Numbered from the stretch's first letter, positions 36,916 through 49,175 are shown. The stretch: 64,000 nt of DNA from Bacteroidota bacterium (GCA_032229505.1 JAVTWD010000030.1:12323-76322), one strand, 5' to 3'. Numbers and translations are program-made. The notes: generated by a model not told the origin, from the letters alone.

Positions 36916-39042
36916 TTAATTGTAGTTTTTGATCATCTTTTCAAGAACATCAATAGCGCTTTTGCTAATTACCGTGCCGGGCCCAAAAATAAAAGAAACC
37001 CCTGCTTTGTATAAAAAGTCGTAATCCTGTTGAGGAATAACACCGCCGGCAACGATCATAATGTCATCGCGACCGTATTTTTTTAATTCCGCAATTACCT
37101 GTGGTACTAACGTTTTGTGGCCTGCCGCTAAGCTTGAGATGCCTAAAATATGTACATCATTTTCTACTGCTTGTTTGGCAGCTTCGGCAGGTGTTTGAAA
37201 TAAAGGACCAATATCCACATCAAAACCCATATCGGCAAAGCTGGTGGCAATAACCTTGGCGCCACGGTCGTGCCCGTCTTGTCCCATCTTGGCCACCATG
37301 ATACGTGGACGGCGGCCATCCATTTTCGCGAATTGATCGGCAAGTTCTTTGGCTTTAGAAAAATCTTTATCCATTTTAATTTCTTTACTGTAAACACCTG
37401 CAATTGATTTTATTTGTGCTTTGTAACGGCCAAATTCTTTCTCAAGGGCAGAAGAGATCTCGCCTAAAGTACAACGGCATTCGGCTGCGGTAACGGCTAA
37501 ATCCAATAAATTACCTTTACCTGTTTTAGCGGCTTCCGTTAAAGCATTCAATGCTTTTTCAACTTTGTTGTTATCGCGTTCTGCTTTTAATTTCTTTAAA
37601 CGTTCAATTTGCTGACTGCGTACTTTGGTATTATCCACATCTAAGATCTCCATTTGCGTATCGTCTTCAATTTTAAAACGATTCACGCCTACAATAATAT
37701 CTTTGCCACCGTCAATACGCGCTTGTTTGCGCGCTGCAGCCTCTTCAATACGCATTTTAGGAATACCGGTTTCAATGGCTTTTGCCATGCCGCCTAATTT
37801 CTCAACTTCCTCAATCAAAGCCCAGGCTTTGTGCGCAATTTCGTGTGTTAATTTTTCAACGTGATAACTGCCGCCCCATGGATCAACCACTTTGGTAATA
37901 TTAGTTTCGTTTTGTAAAACCAATTGCGTGTTACGTGCAATACGTGCGCTAAAATCGGTTGGTAAAGCAATGGCTTCATCTAAAGCATTAGTGTGTAAGC
38001 TTTGTGTATGGCCCATTGCCGCGGCCAATGCTTCAACGGCAGTGCGCGTAACGTTATTGTATGGATCTTGTTCTGTTAAACTCCAGCCACTGGTTTGGCA
38101 GTGGGTTCTTAATGCTAATGATTTATTATTTTTTGGATTGAATTGTTTTACAATTTTTGCCCACAACATGCGTGCGGCACGCATTTTGGCAATTTCCATA
38201 TAATGGTTCATGCCAATGGCCCAAAAGAAAGATAAACGCGGCGCAAACGAATCTATGTCCAAACCTGAATTAATGCCTGTTCTTAAATATTCCATGCCAT
38301 CTGCCAAGGTATAAGCTAATTCAATATCTGCAGTGGCACCTGCTTCCTGCATGTGGTAACCGCTAATAGAAATAGAGTTGAACTTGGGCATATTTTTAGA
38401 AGTGAATTCAAAAATATCCGCAATAATTTTCATGCTTGGCCCCGGTGGATAAATGTAAGTATTACGCACCATGAATTCTTTTAGAATATCATTTTGAATA
38501 GTGCCCGTTAATTTATCCATACTAACGCCTTGCTCTTTGGCAGCAACAATGTAAAAGGCTAAAATGGGTAACACGGCACCGTTCATGGTCATAGATACGC
38601 TCATTTCATCTAACGGAATACTGTCAAACAAAATTTTCATATCCAAAATACTGTCAATGGCCACACCTGCTTTTCCAACATCACCTTCCACACGCTCATT
38701 ATCGCTATCGTAACCACGGTGTGTAGCTAGGTCAAACGCAACCGACAAACCTTTTTGACCTGCCGCTAAATTACGTTTGTAAAATGCGTTACTGTCTTCA
38801 GCAGTACTAAAACCGGCATACTGACGGATGGTCCATGGGTTTTTAATATACATGCTTGTATATGGGCCACGCAAAAAAGGTGGTAATCCGGCAGCATAAC
38901 TTAAATGTTCAAAATTTTTAATGTCGTTAAATTGATAATTGTTTTCAATATCAATTTGCTCCGCGGTTACAAAGACTTCTTCTTTAGGAGAATTAGTTTC
39001 GCCTTTTGCTTTATAGGTAATATGATCGAGCGACTTACGCAT
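36916..39042 (-). CDS. scpA: Methylmalonyl-CoA mutase, large catalytic subunit
   Basis: [42 protein letters not shown] and B12-binding motif GQDGHDRG. Confidence 0.97.
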   Translation of the reverse strand: MRKSLDHITYKAKGETNSPKEEVFVTAEQIDIENNYQFNDIKNFEHLSYAAGLPPFLRGPYTSMYIKNPWTIRQYAGFSTAEDSNAFYKRNLAAGQKGLSVAFDLATHRGYDSDNERVEGDVGKAGVAIDSILDMKILFDSIPLDEMSVSMTMNGAVLPILAFYIVAAKEQGVSMDKLTGTIQNDILKEFMVRNTYIYPPGPSMKIIADIFEFTSKNMPKFNSISISGYHMQEAGATADIELAYTLADGMEYLRTGINSGLDIDSFAPRLSFFWAIGMNHYMEIAKMRAARMLWAKIVKQFNPKNNKSLALRTHCQTSGWSLTEQDPYNNVTRTAVEALAAAMGHTQSLHTNALDEAIALPTDFSARIARNTQLVLQNETNITKVVDPWGGSYHVEKLTHEIAHKAWALIEEVEKLGGMAKAIETGIPKMRIEEAAARKQARIDGGKDIIVGVNRFKIEDDTQMEILDVDNTKVRSQQIERLKKLKAERDNNKVEKALNALTEAAKTGKGNLLDLAVTAAECRCTLGEISSALEKEFGRYKAQIKSIAGVYSKEIKMDKDFSKAKELADQFAKMDGRRPRIMVAKMGQDGHDRGAKVIATSFADMGFDVDIGPLFQTPAEAAKQAVENDVHILGISSLAAGHKTLVPQVIAELKKYGRDDIMIVAGGVIPQQDYDFLYKAGVSFIFGPGTVISKSAIDVLEKMIKNYN

Positions 39043-40340
39043 TAATTAAAAAAATTATCTAGTTCAAAATTCAATACCACATTATTTATTGGCAACTGTT
39101 TAAGATCATCTACCTGTTGTTTTGTAACAGCTATCTTTTCTTTTTCATTTTTAAATTTATTTACACCAATAGCTAATTGTTTACCATTCTTAAACAGCTC
39201 ATTTCTTTTTTCTGCCTGCAGTTTTATTTCAGAAGAAAAAACACTTTTTTCAATACATTTAAAATAACCACCTTCTTTTTCAAAACGTTTAAAGGCCTCT
39301 AAAGCTTTAGTAGCAATGGCGTCAGTAATACTTTCAATGTAATAAGATCCACAAGAAATATCGGCCATTTTATTTAAATAACTTTCGTCTTTTAAGATCA
39401 ATTGCTGGTTAATGGCCATGCGCGACGATAATTTTTCGTTCTCGCTAAACAACACATCAAATTCGTTCACAATTAATTCGTTGCAGCCACCGGCAACTGC
39501 GGCCATGGCTTCAACAGTGGTTCTTAATAAATTATTGTATTTATCAGAAACAGATTTGTTGTTTAAGCTTGTTTCTACAATTACATGCAGCCCGTTCTTT
39601 AGATTATATTCTGTTTTTAAAAGCTTCCAAAGTCTGCGCACAGCGCGTAGTTTAGCTATTTGTATAAAGTAATCAGAATTAGCGCCCGCTTTAATTACAA
39701 AATTACTTTCCGGCAATTTGTTTGCTTGTAAATATTCATTCAATGCAGAAAGAATGATTGCTGCTTCGTAATAAGCTAAACAATTTTGATTATGAAAGTC
39801 TAAAACATTTACACTAACAGTTTTTATGTTCTTGTAATTTTCAAAAAGAGAAATTACTTTATTCCAATTGTCAAGCTCTACCTGATTTTTAAGAGAAACA
39901 GGAATTAAAGAACAATTAAGTTCGTTTAACTTATACTGTTTTTCTAAATAGGTTTTTAATGACCTGGATGTAGTTTCATCTACACTAAAAGTAGATTGGA
40001 TATAATTTAACTGAATGCCTTTTAAAGCAATTTCAAAGTCAACATCTTTGCAATTTACCGATATAGAACTTGCACCACGATCAAGATCTTTCAGTAATTC
40101 TGCATTTATTTCTTTAGAAGATAAATTTTCTTTGTGCACACAAATTTCCCAATCGGCATGCGTAAAAGCAGGCTCATAGGTTTGTTTAAGGTCTTCCTGC
40201 GTATAAAATGGTTGAACACTAAACCCATTCTCATTCTCCCAAATTAAATTCTCAAAAGATTCCCCTTTAAGGTCTTTTATCAATTGGTTCTTCCAATCAC
40301 CGGCAGTTGTAGAAGGAAATTCTGAAAATAATTTTTGCAT
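39042..40340 (-). CDS. mutA: Methylmalonyl-CoA mutase small (non-catalytic) subunit
   Basis: LFSEFP...W...[35 protein letters not shown] and IGVNKF motifs. Its stop overlaps the large-subunit start by 1 bp. Confidence 0.85.
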   Translation of the reverse strand: MQKLFSEFPSTTAGDWKNQLIKDLKGESFENLIWENENGFSVQPFYTQEDLKQTYEPAFTHADWEICVHKENLSSKEINAELLKDLDRGASSISVNCKDVDFEIALKGIQLNYIQSTFSVDETTSRSLKTYLEKQYKLNELNCSLIPVSLKNQVELDNWNKVISLFENYKNIKTVSVNVLDFHNQNCLAYYEAAIILSALNEYLQANKLPESNFVIKAGANSDYFIQIAKLRAVRRLWKLLKTEYNLKNGLHVIVETSLNNKSVSDKYNNLLRTTVEAMAAVAGGCNELIVNEFDVLFSENEKLSSRMAINQQLILKDESYLNKMADISCGSYYIESITDAIATKALEAFKRFEKEGGYFKCIEKSVFSSEIKLQAEKRNELFKNGKQLAIGVNKFKNEKEKIAVTKQQVDDLKQLPINNVVLNFELDNFFN

Positions 40341-40351
40341 TTCCCTGTCAA

Positions 40352-40876
40352 TTAAAAGATCTGGCTTATTTCTTTTTTTATGTATTCCAAGGCCACTTCG
40401 TTTGGTAATCGTTTATCAAGGTTGGCAGTAATATTTAATACCATCATGGCCAGTTCGGTGCTGTTGTTGTCGTGCGCTACCTTTGTTGCAGAAATGTTTA
40501 TCAGTTTAATGATCTCTTCTTTAGCAGTTTTTACTAATTCCCAGGCATTATGGCTAATGTAAATTTGCTGCGACAGGTTGTGCTCGTATTCGCTTTTAAT
40601 GGTCTTAACCAATTCTATTTGCAACTGCTGCGCTGTCATGCCATGTTTATTTACCCTTACTACCAGTGTATCGGGATGGATCCTTTCTAAAAAAATAACC
40701 ACGCGCTCATAAGCTCCCAATTTTAAAGGAGTAATGGCAGATTGTACACTTTTTTTCAATTCATGGTCACGCCTTTTTTGCTCACTATCCAAAAAACGGT
40801 GCACTATAAAAAAGGCTGCGGCAAAAACTGCGGCAGCAGGTAAAAATATTTTTAAAACTTCTATTAATCCGTCCAT
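40352..40876 (-). CDS. Conserved Bacteroidota hypothetical membrane protein
   Basis: N-terminal TM helix, AYER..IFLERI.P and EYEHNLSQQIYIS..AW motifs. Confidence 0.7.
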   Translation of the reverse strand: MDGLIEVLKIFLPAAAVFAAAFFIVHRFLDSEQKRRDHELKKSVQSAITPLKLGAYERVVIFLERIHPDTLVVRVNKHGMTAQQLQIELVKTIKSEYEHNLSQQIYISHNAWELVKTAKEEIIKLINISATKVAHDNNSTELAMMVLNITANLDKRLPNEVALEYIKKEISQIF

Positions 40877-41019
40877 AACTTGTGTTTGTTTGCTGCTAAT
40901 ATCGGTTTTTTTGCTTAATTTTTTGGTTATTTTCCATCCCTTATTTAAAATTTAGGCTATTTTAGTGCTTGCTTATGGAATTTTAGGTTTATAAGCATCT
41001 AAAACTAAAAAGATACACT

Positions 41020-44000
41020 ATGTTATTTAAAAGATCAATAAGTTTTGCCCTGGTTATGCTTGCTTCGGCAGCCTTGGGACTAGGTTTGTTTTATAAATTT
41101 TCACCAAAAAAAGATATGATTTTATTTGATAAAGGGGATTCGTACCAAAAATTATGGAAAAAAGTAGATAGTTGCCAGAACAAGGGCTTAACCGAAAGCG
41201 CTTTAAAGGTGGTGGAGGCCATTTACGAAAAAGCAAAGGCAGATAATAATTCGGCCCAGTTTGTAAAAGCCATTTTGCACCGCATGAAATTTGAAAGCTA
41301 CAAAGAAGAGTTTTCTTTAGAAAAATCGATCTTTAAGTTACGCGATGAAGCCGCGGTTGCTAAATATCCGATCAAGCCCGTTTTGCAAAGTATTTTAGCC
41401 GATGCTTTTTGGCAATATTTTCAAAATAACCGCTGGAAATTTTATAACAGAACTACCACCGTTGGTTTTAAGAACGATGATATTGAGACCTGGGACCTTA
41501 AAACAATTACCAACGCGGTAATCGTAAATTATAAAGCATCGTTAGAGAATACAGATAGTTTAAAAAGAACAAAAATTGATATTTACGATGATATTTTAAA
41601 TAAGGGAACTAAAGAGTGTCGCCAATGGCGCCCCACCTTATATGATTTTTTAGCGCACCGTGCCCTTACTTTTTTTATGAATACAGAGCCGGATGTATCA
41701 AGACCTGCAGCCCAATTTAATATAAATGGCGAAGAATTTATTAAGCCTTATTCTGAATTTGTAGATGTGAAAATTAAAAATCCTTCCGATTCGTTAGAGC
41801 TAAAATATTATGCTTTACAGTTAATGCAGGATCTTACGGTTTTTCATGAAAAGGATGAAGACCCGAATGCTTTGATAGATGTAGAATTACAACGTTTGAA
41901 TTATGTTCATGCGAATTCACAAAATCCTAAAAAAGATACCTTATATTTTAATTCATTAAAAGCCATCCAGGAAAAATTCTCAAAAAGCGAGCGTGTAACC
42001 GAAGTGGATTATTATATGGCTATGTGGCACAATAATAAAGCCGCTCAATACAAACCTTTAGAAGGTGAAGCCTATAAATGGGAAAAGAAAACCGCGGTTG
42101 AAATTTGTGAAACAGCGCTTGCAAAATATCCTAAATCGTATGGCGCGGCTATGTGTAAAAATTTGATCTACACTATAAAATCAAAAAATTATAATTTAAT
42201 TATTGAAGAAGCCAACGAGCCTAAAAAACCTTTCAGGGCTTTGGTTACTTCTCAAAATATAAATAAAGTACATTACAAGATAGTAAAGACCAGCAGCCAG
42301 GAAATAAGAACAGCCTTGCGTAAAAAATACGGTAAAGAACTGTATGAGAAATTTGCAAGCTTCCCAACTGTAAAAACATTTACACAACAATTTACGGATG
42401 ATGGTGATTTTCAATCTCACAATACCGAGATAGTAATGCCGGAATTGGAACCGGGCTATTATATTGTATTAAGCTCGTTAAACGAAACGTTTAAATATGA
42501 GAATAACCTTTCTGCCTATGCTACCTGTATTGTTTCAGACATTGCTTCAAAAGAACGTCGCCGCGATGATGGCTCTTACGATTTTTATGCTATTCACCGT
42601 CAAACCGGTGAGCCTTTAAAAAACATCAGCGCCCAATTGTGGTACGAATATTATGATTATAAAGAAAGAGATTATGTAATTAAAAAAGGTGCGGCATATA
42701 AAACAGATGATAAAGGATTTTTAAATGTAGCTGCCGGTACAAATAATAACGACAGGCAATTTTATATTGAATTTATAAACGGTACTGATAGTTATTATAA
42801 CAATAACAGTTATTATACTTACAAGCCGTATAAAGACACGCAAACACATGTAAGCTCTCATATTTTTACAGACAGGGCCATTTATCGCCCGGGCCAAACG
42901 GTTTATTTTAAGAGTATTGTTTTAGAAAGCACTGCCGGTAAGAATCAAAAATTGAAAGCAAATTATCCTGTAACGGTAACATTTTATGATGTGAATTATC
43001 AAAACGTTGGTTCGTTGAATTTAACCACCAACGAATTTGGAACCGTGAACGGAACCTTTATTGCACCAAATGGTGGCTTGAACGGACAAATGAGTATTAC
43101 CGATGGTTATAGCACGTCTTATATTTCAGTTGAAGATTATAAACGCCCGAAATTTGAAACAGAATTTAATCCTGTAAAAGGAAGTTACCGTTTAAACGAT
43201 GAGGTAACGGTTAGCGGCTTTGCTAAAGCTTATGCCGGAAATGTGATTGATGGTGCACAGGTAAAATACCGTGTGGTGCGCCGTGTTAATTATCCATACT
43301 GGTACTGGTGGTACCGTCCGTATTATAATGCAGCTTCATCCCAGGTTGAAATTACCAATGGTGAAATGGTTACGAACGATACAGGCGCTTACATTATTAA
43401 GTTTAAAGCATTGCCTGATGAATCGGTATCTAAAAAGAGCTATGCAACTTATAGTTATGAGATAAGTGCAGATGTAACCGATATTAATGGTGAGTCGCAT
43501 AGCACAAGCACTTATGTAACTGTTGGTTACCAGGCTTTACAATTAAGTGTTACAAGCGAAGAGGTGATAGAACAAAACGATGCAAAACCAATCCGTATCA
43601 ATACTAATAATTTAAACGGGGTTGCCGAGGCCACCAAAGGAACGTTTACTGTTTATAAATTAAAACAACCTGCACGTCCGTTCAGAAGCAGATTATGGAC
43701 GCAGCCTGACAGGCATAGTATTGATAAGGACGAGTATTATAAAACATTCCCGTATGATCTTTATGCCGATGAAACAAATAAATACAAATGGGAAAAAGAT
43801 ACTAAGGTAATTGACAAGACCTTTGATACCGGAACAAAAACAGAATACGATCTTGCTGCAGAAATAAAAACACTTAAAGCCGGAACGTATGCGATAGAAG
43901 CTTTATGTAAAGATAAATTTGGTGAAGAGATAAAAGCATTTTGTTACATTACGGTGTTCAACAAAAACGGTACGGAGCTTCCTGAACAAGCACCGGAGTG

Positions 44001-47000
44001 GTACTACATTAATAAAACAACAGCCGAGCCGGGAGAAACGATCAGTTTTATTTATAACTCAGCTTATCCAAATACAAATTATTTGTATGAGATAGAGCAT
44101 CAGAATCAATTGGTATCAGCCAAAGTAACGCCTATGAGCATGAAAGCGAATGATATTAAAGTGGAAGAGACAGATAGAGGAAATTTTTCTATCATTACCT
44201 CTTACATTCGTAACAACCGTTTTTATTCGAACACGCAGGTAATTTATGTGCCTTATACCAATAAGCAAATGGATATTCAGTTTGAAACATTCAGAAATAA
44301 GTTATTACCGGGCCAGGCAGAAGAATGGAAACTGATACTGAAAGATAAAAAAGGAGAGAAGGTAGCCGCCGAGATGATGGCAAGCATGTACGATGCATCT
44401 TTAGACGCTTTCAGACCAAACAACTGGTATTTTAATGTATTTAATAGTTATTACGCAACGCTGCAATGGACTGCTAATACAGACAGGCAAACCAACTCAA
44501 CCGAATTAAATAATTTAAACAGGCCTTATGAAAGTGTACCTTACAGGTATTACGATAATTTAAATTATTACGGTTTAAGTTTTTATTCGAACCGTTATTA
44601 TTATAAAGGAGGCTATGATTACGAAGGAGATGTAATGGCAGAAACAGCGGCCATGCCATCTGAAGTAAAAGCCGATGAAAACAATAATGCGCCAAGAAAA
44701 TCTGCCGAGAAATCGAAAGCGCTGACTAAAAAATCTGCCAACAGATCGGAAGCAGAAGAAAAAGAATCGGGTGGAAAAGACCTTGACGATGGTATTGTTG
44801 GCGGTAATACAACACCAACCACAGGTACAGGAAAAGATATTGATAAACGCGGCGGTGAGGGATTAGGCGATGTAAAAGCACGTTCTAATTTTAATGAAAC
44901 AGCTTTCTTTTATCCGGTATTGCAAACCAATGATAAAGGAGAGATCGTAATTAAATTTACCGTTCCTGAAAGTCTTACCAAATGGAAGGTGATGGGCTTA
45001 GCACATACAAAAGATCTTAAGTCGGGCCAGTTTCAAAAAGAAGTGGTAACGCAAAAAGACCTGATGGTGCAACCAAATGTACCGCGCTTTTTTAGAGAAG
45101 GAGATAAAATGACCTTCATATCTAAGATCGCTAATTTATCAGATAAAGAATTATCGGGTATGGCCGAATTAAAATTATTTGATGCCTTAACTGACCAGGA
45201 AATTTCTACAAAAATAATTGAAGCAGTCTCAGGCCCTTTCCCAACAATAGGTTCGCGTACCTTCACCGTTAAAAAAGGTTTAAGTACTTCTATTGAATGG
45301 AATTTAAATATACCGGAAGGTTTTGGTGCTATTAAATACAAAATAGTTGCCAAAGCCGGAAACTTTGCAGATGGTGAAGAGCAAGCGGTACCGGTATTAA
45401 CTAACAGGATGCTGGTGACAGAAAGTATGCCAATGCCAATTCGTAGCAACCAAACCAAAGAATTTAATTTTACTAAATTCATTAATCAAAATAATAATTC
45501 TACCACGCTTAAAAATCATGCGTATACGTTAGAATTTACTGCTAACCCTGCATGGTATGCTGTTCAGGCGTTGCCATACTTAATGGAATATCCTTACGAG
45601 TGTGCAGAGCAAACATTTGCACGTTATTATGCAAATAGTTTGGCAACCTATGTGGTGAATTCAAAACCAAAAATTAAATCCATTTTTGATGCCTGGAAAA
45701 CGTCGAGTCCGGATGCATTCTTATCAAACCTTGAAAAGAACCAGGAATTAAAAGCAGTGGTGTTGGAAGAAACGCCATGGGTATTGCAAGCCAAGAACGA
45801 AAGCGAAAATAAAAAACGTGTTGGTTTATTGTTTGATTTGAATAAAATGAGCAACGAAACATCTTCGGCACTTAAAAAATTAATGAAGAAACAAACATCT
45901 AACGGTGGCTTTATGTGGTTTGATGGTATGCCGGATGATTGGTATATCACACAGCACATTACCTGTGGTTTTGGTCACTTAAATAATTTAGGTGTGGTTA
46001 AAGTGAGGGATAACTCTGAGGTATGGAACATGTTGTACAAAGCTGTGAAGTATTGCGATAACCGTATGCGTGAAGAGTATGAGGACATGAAAAAGTATAA
46101 TCCAAAATATAAAACAGAAAATCATTTGAGTTATACCGCCATTCAATATTTATACATGCGTAGTTTTTATAAAGATATTGATCGCGATAAACGCAATGTA
46201 GAGTATTTTGAATATTACAAAGCACAGGAACAAAAATATTGGCTGGACAATGGTAGATACATGCAGGCTATGATCGCATTGAACTTAAATAGATTTGGCG
46301 ATGTAAAAACACCAAAGGATATTTTAAAATCGTTGAAAGAAAACAGTATCAATAGCGAAGAAATGGGCATGTACTGGAAAGAAAATTACGGTTACTACTG
46401 GTATGAAGCACCAATTGAAATGCAAGCCTTAATGATAGAAGCCTTTGACGAGATCAATAACGATACAAAATCGGTAGATGATCTGAAGACCTGGTTAATA
46501 AAAAGCAAACAAACGCAGCATTGGGGTACCACACGTGCAACAACCGAAGCGGTGTATGCTTTATTATTAAAAGGAACGGATTGGTTAGCTACCGAACCAA
46601 ATGTGGAGATAACGGTTGGCGACTTTAAGCTGGATCCTAAAAATGATAAATCGTTAAATGCAGAACCGGGAACAGGTTACTTTAAAAAGACATGGAGTGG
46701 AAGCGACATTAAACCAAGCAGTATGGGCAAAGTAAAAGTGGTGAAGAAAGATGTTGGCGTAAGTTATGGTGCTGTTTACTGGCAATATTTTGAACAGTTA
46801 GATAAAATTACACCACACGAAACGCCACTTAAATTAAAGAAACAATTATTCTTACAAAAAAATACGGCAAGCGGCATTGTGATCGAACCAATTTCGAATA
46901 CAACCAAATTAAAACCCGGCGATAAAATAAAAGTAAGAATTGAATTGCGTGTAGACAGGGATATGAACTATGTGCATATGAAAGACATGCGTGCCGCAGG

Positions 47001-47247
47001 TTTTGAGCCAACCAATGTATTTAGCGGTTACAGATACCAGGATGGTTTAGGCTATTACGAAAGCACACGCGATGCTGCAACTAATTTCTTTTTCTCATAC
47101 TTAAATAAAGGAACTTATGTATTTGAATATCCTTTAGTGGTAAATCATTATGGTGATTTTAGTAATGGTATCAGTACTATACAATGTATGTATGCACCTG
47201 AGTTTACAAGCCACAGTGAAGGTATAAGAGTGAAGGTGAGTAAGTAG
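41020..47247 (+). CDS. Bacterial alpha-2-macroglobulin family protein
   Basis: MG2 motif FTDRAIYRPGQTV, YKRPKFE, RSNFNETAFFYP, thioester motif YPYECAEQ and C-terminal CMYAPEF. Confidence 0.93.
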   Translation: MLFKRSISFALVMLASAALGLGLFYKFSPKKDMILFDKGDSYQKLWKKVDSCQNKGLTESALKVVEAIYEKAKADNNSAQFVKAILHRMKFESYKEEFSLEKSIFKLRDEAAVAKYPIKPVLQSILADAFWQYFQNNRWKFYNRTTTVGFKNDDIETWDLKTITNAVIVNYKASLENTDSLKRTKIDIYDDILNKGTKECRQWRPTLYDFLAHRALTFFMNTEPDVSRPAAQFNINGEEFIKPYSEFVDVKIKNPSDSLELKYYALQLMQDLTVFHEKDEDPNALIDVELQRLNYVHANSQNPKKDTLYFNSLKAIQEKFSKSERVTEVDYYMAMWHNNKAAQYKPLEGEAYKWEKKTAVEICETALAKYPKSYGAAMCKNLIYTIKSKNYNLIIEEANEPKKPFRALVTSQNINKVHYKIVKTSSQEIRTALRKKYGKELYEKFASFPTVKTFTQQFTDDGDFQSHNTEIVMPELEPGYYIVLSSLNETFKYENNLSAYATCIVSDIASKERRRDDGSYDFYAIHRQTGEPLKNISAQLWYEYYDYKERDYVIKKGAAYKTDDKGFLNVAAGTNNNDRQFYIEFINGTDSYYNNNSYYTYKPYKDTQTHVSSHIFTDRAIYRPGQTVYFKSIVLESTAGKNQKLKANYPVTVTFYDVNYQNVGSLNLTTNEFGTVNGTFIAPNGGLNGQMSITDGYSTSYISVEDYKRPKFETEFNPVKGSYRLNDEVTVSGFAKAYAGNVIDGAQVKYRVVRRVNYPYWYWWYRPYYNAASSQVEITNGEMVTNDTGAYIIKFKALPDESVSKKSYATYSYEISADVTDINGESHSTSTYVTVGYQALQLSVTSEEVIEQNDAKPIRINTNNLNGVAEATKGTFTVYKLKQPARPFRSRLWTQPDRHSIDKDEYYKTFPYDLYADETNKYKWEKDTKVIDKTFDTGTKTEYDLAAEIKTLKAGTYAIEALCKDKFGEEIKAFCYITVFNKNGTELPEQAPEWYYINKTTAEPGETISFIYNSAYPNTNYLYEIEHQNQLVSAKVTPMSMKANDIKVEETDRGNFSIITSYIRNNRFYSNTQVIYVPYTNKQMDIQFETFRNKLLPGQAEEWKLILKDKKGEKVAAEMMASMYDASLDAFRPNNWYFNVFNSYYATLQWTANTDRQTNSTELNNLNRPYESVPYRYYDNLNYYGLSFYSNRYYYKGGYDYEGDVMAETAAMPSEVKADENNNAPRKSAEKSKALTKKSANRSEAEEKESGGKDLDDGIVGGNTTPTTGTGKDIDKRGGEGLGDVKARSNFNETAFFYPVLQTNDKGEIVIKFTVPESLTKWKVMGLAHTKDLKSGQFQKEVVTQKDLMVQPNVPRFFREGDKMTFISKIANLSDKELSGMAELKLFDALTDQEISTKIIEAVSGPFPTIGSRTFTVKKGLSTSIEWNLNIPEGFGAIKYKIVAKAGNFADGEEQAVPVLTNRMLVTESMPMPIRSNQTKEFNFTKFINQNNNSTTLKNHAYTLEFTANPAWYAVQALPYLMEYPYECAEQTFARYYANSLATYVVNSKPKIKSIFDAWKTSSPDAFLSNLEKNQELKAVVLEETPWVLQAKNESENKKRVGLLFDLNKMSNETSSALKKLMKKQTSNGGFMWFDGMPDDWYITQHITCGFGHLNNLGVVKVRDNSEVWNMLYKAVKYCDNRMREEYEDMKKYNPKYKTENHLSYTAIQYLYMRSFYKDIDRDKRNVEYFEYYKAQEQKYWLDNGRYMQAMIALNLNRFGDVKTPKDILKSLKENSINSEEMGMYWKENYGYYWYEAPIEMQALMIEAFDEINNDTKSVDDLKTWLIKSKQTQHWGTTRATTEAVYALLLKGTDWLATEPNVEITVGDFKLDPKNDKSLNAEPGTGYFKKTWSGSDIKPSSMGKVKVVKKDVGVSYGAVYWQYFEQLDKITPHETPLKLKKQLFLQKNTASGIVIEPISNTTKLKPGDKIKVRIELRVDRDMNYVHMKDMRAAGFEPTNVFSGYRYQDGLGYYESTRDAATNFFFSYLNKGTYVFEYPLVVNHYGDFSNGISTIQCMYAPEFTSHSEGIRVKVSK

Positions 47248-47291
47248 GAGATGGAACACAGATGACGCTGATCTAACAGATTGTCACAGAT

Positions 47292-47324
47292 AAAAAAGCC
47301 CCGACAAAAAGCGGGGCTTTTTTT
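47292..47324 (+). terminator. Intrinsic terminator after alpha-2-macroglobulin
   Basis: AAAAAAGCCCCG / CGGGGCTTTTTTT stem. Confidence 0.8.
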
Positions 47325-47444
47325 GTACATTATTTTTTTTGAGGCTGTATTTCTTCAATATCAAATACCGTTTTGTAAGAGTCTAAATAATATTGCTGGC
47401 ACATCATTCCCTTAAATAAACTATAATTCTAAAATTAAGAACTC

Positions 47445-47921
47445 ATGAAAAAAACAATTTTAATGGTTGCAACTGTATTCACTATTCAATTTGCAACAGC
47501 TCAAACTAACACAGCAATACCTGATAATACAGGAGTACAAACACCCAGTTTAATTACCAATCATTTTAATGTTGATTATCCAAACAATAATCCTACATGG
47601 CGCCAGGATGGCTCTAATTACAGGGCAGAATATATAGATAGTAAAACCAATATGGGTAAAGCTGCTATTTACGATAAAAATGGCGTACGTATTGGTACAG
47701 AAGAACAATTAGCAACCGGCTCCTATCCAATAACCATAAGCGATTATTATACGAAAACATATCCTAATGAAACGGATTACCAGGTATGGTCTACCAACGA
47801 TGGGCTTGGAAATACTACCTATTATATAAATCGTAAATCTGAAACGCTGTGGTTTGATAAAACAGGAAAATACAAGAACAAAAGCAAAACAAAAACTTAC
47901 CAGGCCAAAACAAAAAAATAA
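47445..47921 (+). CDS. Exported protein, PepSY-like/BLIP-like repeats
   Basis: Signal peptide ending TA-Q and two repeats of P..I...(F/Y)...YP...W...Y...(Y/F)DK.G. Confidence 0.6.
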   Translation: MKKTILMVATVFTIQFATAQTNTAIPDNTGVQTPSLITNHFNVDYPNNNPTWRQDGSNYRAEYIDSKTNMGKAAIYDKNGVRIGTEEQLATGSYPITISDYYTKTYPNETDYQVWSTNDGLGNTTYYINRKSETLWFDKTGKYKNKSKTKTYQAKTKK

Positions 47922-47940
47922 TTATTTATTTCAATTCAAC

Positions 47941-47973
47941 AAAAGCCATTCATTTTTTTGAATGGCTTTTTTT
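47941..47973 (+). terminator. Intrinsic terminator
   Basis: AAAAGCCATTCA / TGAATGGCTTTT stem plus a T run. Confidence 0.78.
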
Positions 47974-48103
47974 ATGGGTAAATTTTTTGGTGATATATTT
48001 TCCCTTTTAATTCCCATTTCCCATTTTTTTATGCTTGTTCAATGAAATTGTTGCAATATGCATTGGCATTTGTTTTGCCCTGTTTCAGAAAAAAATATAA
48101 ACT

Positions 48104-48478
48104 ATGAAAAAAATTATTTTACCGATCGTTGCTGTTGTAGTTATTATGGCTTCGTGCGGACCAAGTAAAGAAGATCTTGCAAAACGCCAGGAAGAAATGG
48201 CCGATTCGATCCAGGCAATGAACAAAAAAATCCAGGATGAACTGGATGCAAGAATGAAGGCTATGCAGGATTCTATCAGCGAAGCAGCAAAAGCAACCAA
48301 CGAAAGTATGCAAAACCAGGTTGACCAGGTTAAGGATCAATTGGAAAAAAAATCGGAGCAGGCAGAAAAGAATGCAGATGCTACAAAAAAAGAACTGGAT
48401 AAATTGAAAAAAGAAAACCAGAAAAAAGAAGATGCTAAAAAGCCGGAGAACGTAAAAGCGGGACAGGGTAAAGGTTAA
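48104..48478 (+). CDS. Coiled-coil lipoprotein
   Basis: Lipobox MASC and a charged helical mature region with DSI motifs. Confidence 0.75.
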   Translation: MKKIILPIVAVVVIMASCGPSKEDLAKRQEEMADSIQAMNKKIQDELDARMKAMQDSISEAAKATNESMQNQVDQVKDQLEKKSEQAEKNADATKKELDKLKKENQKKEDAKKPENVKAGQGKG

Positions 48479-48503
48479 TTAAAAATTTAAACTCAATAAA
48501 AAA

Positions 48504-49160
48504 ATGAAAAAAACTCAAACAATTTTAACAGGCCTAGCTGTAGCAGGAGCATTATTTTTCGCGTCTTGTAAAAAAGATGATATTGATTCGCCAACGTTAA
48601 GTCCTAATGGTGGTGATGTAACCGTTGATCTGCATGGCACATATTCAGAACAAGGTGCCACAGCGTCGGACGGACGAGACGGAGATATTTCCGGTAATGT
48701 TACCATTTCAGGATCGGTGGATGTTAATAACGCCGGTGTATATGTGATCACTTATAGCGCTGCCGATAAAAAAGGAAATGTGGGAACAGCTACAAGAAAT
48801 GTGTATGTAAGGCATACAGCAAATACAATTGCAGCAACTTATGCGGTAAAAGATACTTGCCCTAACATGTCGCCAACATTTTATTCAGATGTATTAACAG
48901 CATCTTCTTCTACGAAAGTGTTTACAACCAAATTCGCAAACTATACAAACGCAAATGTGAATTTTGATATCTCAGGCAGCACGGGCTCAAGCATTACCGT
49001 TCCTTCACAAACAGTAACAGCAGGTATTCCTGCAGTGCCAAGAGCTTTTTATGGTTCGGGTTCTATTTCTTCTGACGGTAAAAAAATGACCATTACTTAT
49101 ACGGAAGTAAATCCTGCCAACAGCACATCTATTACCTGTACAGGAATTTATACTAAATAA
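48504..49160 (+). CDS. Lipoprotein with DUF5011/Ig-like domain
   Basis: Lipobox FASC followed by KKDD, and GATASD..DGDIS..V...G.VD...G.Y.ITY.A.D..GN...TR.V.V. Confidence 0.82.
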   Translation: MKKTQTILTGLAVAGALFFASCKKDDIDSPTLSPNGGDVTVDLHGTYSEQGATASDGRDGDISGNVTISGSVDVNNAGVYVITYSAADKKGNVGTATRNVYVRHTANTIAATYAVKDTCPNMSPTFYSDVLTASSSTKVFTTKFANYTNANVNFDISGSTGSSITVPSQTVTAGIPAVPRAFYGSGSISSDGKKMTITYTEVNPANSTSITCTGIYTK

Positions 49161-49175
49161 TTAATTCTGCTTAAT

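Noticed and set aside
39042-40340. Short mutase subunit lacking the B12-binding domain as a pseudogene
   Set aside because: The ORF is intact and coupled to the large subunit. Reduced non-catalytic small subunits are normal in this phylum.
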